Positions 61,133 to 64,000 of a DNA stretch of 64,000 nt are shown here, piece by piece. Numbering within the stretch: the stretch's first letter is position 1; every line of letters begins with the position of its first letter. A program made the position numbers and the translations under genes. The notes beneath the pieces are model-generated. The model was given only the letters and a program-made list of their open reading frames with translations. It was not told the DNA's origin and did no database searches. The stretch is from Hemiscyllium ocellatum. Lineage: Eukaryota. The stretch is from contig NC_083409.1 of the NCBI RefSeq assembly GCF_020745735.1, forward strand, positions 11,525,052 to 11,589,051, given 5' to 3'.

Positions 61133-62861
61133 CTGTGGGTAGAAGCACAGGAGAAATGGCAGCTGTTGCACACACCCTAAATACACAGACAAACCCACTC
61201 CCAATCCATTATTCTTCCCTAAAACTGCTCAACAAAGACTTTGATGCTTCGACCTTCTGATTCTTCCCCCATTCAGAATTATGTAAAATTGGATGGAACT
61301 CAAAGCGTGTTCAATGAAACAAAAATCTGCTAAATGCTTTAAAACTTAATTATAACTGAAATGAATAACATTAGTGAGATCCAAAAGCACAGACAATACA
61401 ACTTTAAGGTAACATGCGATGCTCCCAAATTGAAAGAAGGTTTGAAATGTTCCTTTGCCTAAGACCTCGGCTGAGAAATGATGAATTATTCACTGCATTA
61501 CATGGTTCAGCACTTTGCCTACAGCATCTTCGAAGAAGCCTCTGCTTCGTCAAATTCCAAAAATGTTCTGCCTTTAATCGACTGTAGGCAGCCAACTGAA
61601 GATCAGCGCTGTGGGAAGCCTCACAATAAATATTGGGGCTGACATGGATTCATACAGCGCTCCCAGCATTTCAGGATGGTCAAATCATTCTCAATTTAAC
61701 AGATGAGTGCTTCAAAGCTATATGACCTAGCCACTGATCACTGCCTCACATGGCTCCAGGCAGGAAGATTTTGACAGGTTTCTCGGCTAACACCATCAAA
61801 GACAAGTAACATGCACAGAAATGTTGGTGTGTGAAACAGTTCAGACTGAAGATACATTTGAGTCGAGTTATAAAGACAAAGCAAAGGAAATGAACAGTTC
61901 CAAATTTGCTCTGTGGATGAAAAGCTGATTTACACATGCCCATTCTCAGTCCCTGGCAAAGTGCAACACTTCACAAACTGTGCACAAAGGGAAGTCAGAC
62001 AATGAGCAGCTTGATGTTGACTTTAGACTGTGGTAAAAAGTTCACATTGCAGTGTTGCAAGTCTGCGCTACTGGAAGGAGTCATCCAGTGTACACTTCAA
62101 TGTCAGTGCCACAAGAAAAGAGAAGTTGCATTGTTGGAATTGTAAACAACTTGGTCTTCGTGCTGGACAATACTTTGTAACCAATGCTCAAGTCACCCAC
62201 CTTAATCTCAAACTGTCAAAAACAGCATATCACTTATCTCACTTGTACCATGTTGTTCCCAACCTTTGAAGTACAGCCACTATTATAATATCATCAAAAG
62301 CTGCAACAAACTTTCACACAGCAAGTTCCCACAAATTATACAAATGGTTCAGTAAGCATTTAGCCATAATGACTCATGATTGACCAGGACCATGAGGGAG
62401 AACTTCACTCCTCTTCAAAGTAGCACTAAAAATCATTTTTTTAAAAAAAAATCTCACCCAAGGTGGAAAATGGGGCCTCACTTTGAAAACAATACTTCAG
62501 TACTGCACCAGGACTGTCATCCAGGACTTCACTTCAGCGTTTGCTTAATCCCCTCTGCTGACTGAGGAAGAGTGCCACTGAGCCATAGCTAACACTCAGA
62601 GCTATTACATTGTGTCTCCAGTTTGGAGTAAAATGAGCTTCCTCGAGGATCAGAATAAAATGGGGTTCCTCAGTTCATGACCTTACTTCCATCTTAAGGT
62701 CAGAAGTGCGGATGGTTGCACAATATTCAGTACCATTCATAGACTGTTTCAATATCTGAGGAGTTATGTTCAAAGGCAACAAGATCTGGACAATATGTAG
62801 GTTTGGACTGGCAAGAGGCAAATAATATTCGGACCAAAACTGCCAGTCAATGACCATTCCC

Positions 62862-63875
62862 AGCAGGAGGCCTGTGACCAGTGGTGTGCCACAAGGATCA
62901 GTGCTGGGTTCACTGCTTTTCGTCATTTACATAAATGATTTGGATGTGAACATGGAACATAGTATGGTTAGTAAGTTTGCAGATAACACCAAAATTGAAG
63001 GTGCAGTGCACAGTGAGGAAGGTTCAGAATACAACAGGATCTTGTTCAGATGGGCTGAGGAGTGGCAGATGAAGTTTAGTTTACATCAATGTGAGGTACT
63101 GCATTTTGGAAAGGCAAATAAGGGCAGGACTTATACACTCAATGGTAAAGTCCTGGGGAGTGTTGCTGAGCAAAGAGACCTTGGAGTGCAGGTTCATAGT
63201 TCCTTGAAAGTGGAGTCACAAGTAAACAGGATAGTGAAGGTGGTGTTTGGTATGTTTGCCTTTATTGGTCAGAGCATTGAGTACAGGAGTTGGGAGGTCA
63301 TGTTGCAGCTGAATAAGACACTGATCAGGCCTCTTTTAGAATATTCTGTGCAATTCTGGACTCCCTGCTCTTGGAAGGATGTTGTGAATCTTGAAAGGGT
63401 TATGCAAAGATTTACAAGGGTGTTGCCAGGGTTGGGGGGGTTTCTGGTCTAGGAAGAGAATGAATTGATTGGGGTTACATTCCCTGGAGCACCAGAGGCT
63501 GAGAGGCAACTGTGAAAAGATTTATAAAATTATGAGTGGTATGGACAGGGTAAATAGACAAGTCTTTTCCCTGGTGAAGGCAATTCCAAAAAAGAGAGCA
63601 TAGGTGAGAGGGGAAACATTTAAATGATACGTAACAGGTAATTGTTTCATGCAGCGGGTGGTGTGTACATGGAATGAGTTGCCAGAGGAAGTGGAGGCAG
63701 CTGGCATAATGGCGCTATTTAAAAGGCATCTGGTGGTGTATATGAATAGGAAGGGTTTAAGTGGAAATGGACCAAATGCTGGCAAATGGGACTAGATTTT
63801 ATCTCGGATAACTGGTCTGTATGGACAAGTTGAACCGAAGGGTCTGTTTCTGAGCTGTCCATCTCTACGACTCTA
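62862..63875 (+). mobile_element. CR1 3' fragment inserted into an older LINE relic
   Basis: ORF 62850-63452: GVPQGSVLG.LLFVIYINDL, KFADN, LEYSVQFW; older LINE sequence on both sides. Confidence 0.88.
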
Positions 63876-64000
63876 AGAGACAATTTAACCAATGGCCCTT
63901 GACATTCAATGGTATTACCATCACTGAATCTTCCACAATGAACATCATGGGGGTTATCATGGACCAGAAACTCATTTGGACTCATTATATAAATACTTTG

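Noticed and set aside
62030-62269. CWNCKQLG as a gag zinc knuckle
   Set aside because: It lacks the His and final Cys of CX2CX4HX4C, and there is no retroviral context.

Overview
Eukaryotic, repeat-rich DNA from a cartilaginous fish. The repeat families and the cluster-type Ig organisation point to a shark, most likely a carpet shark; this is inference. The window holds part of a multicluster immunoglobulin kappa (shark type III/NS4-like) light-chain locus. Cluster 1 (+) has J at 303 and C at 10268, with its V presumably just upstream of the window. A 200-N scaffold gap follows. Cluster 2 (+) has a promoter, leader, V with 12-RSS, J with 23-RSS, and C at 30680. A third, inverted C exon at 47642-47964 has no V or J visible. 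V2, J1, C1 and C2 carry disabling lesions. J2 has only a GC splice donor, and the orphan inverted C3 is the only C with an open frame. The rest is mostly CR1 LINE fragments, HE1/V-SINEs, Deu-type SINEs, a near-full-length L1-clade element and Penelope-like elements whose terminal repeats carry minimal hammerhead ribozymes. One unidentified coding exon lies on the minus strand near 61 kb. Main leads: a probable GC-AG J-C intron, a PBX/MEIS plus CCAAT motif module just past the C poly(A) site, the orphan inverted C, the hammerhead motifs, and a fold-back copy of target DNA at a Penelope junction. Repeat boundaries are approximate and were read by eye.
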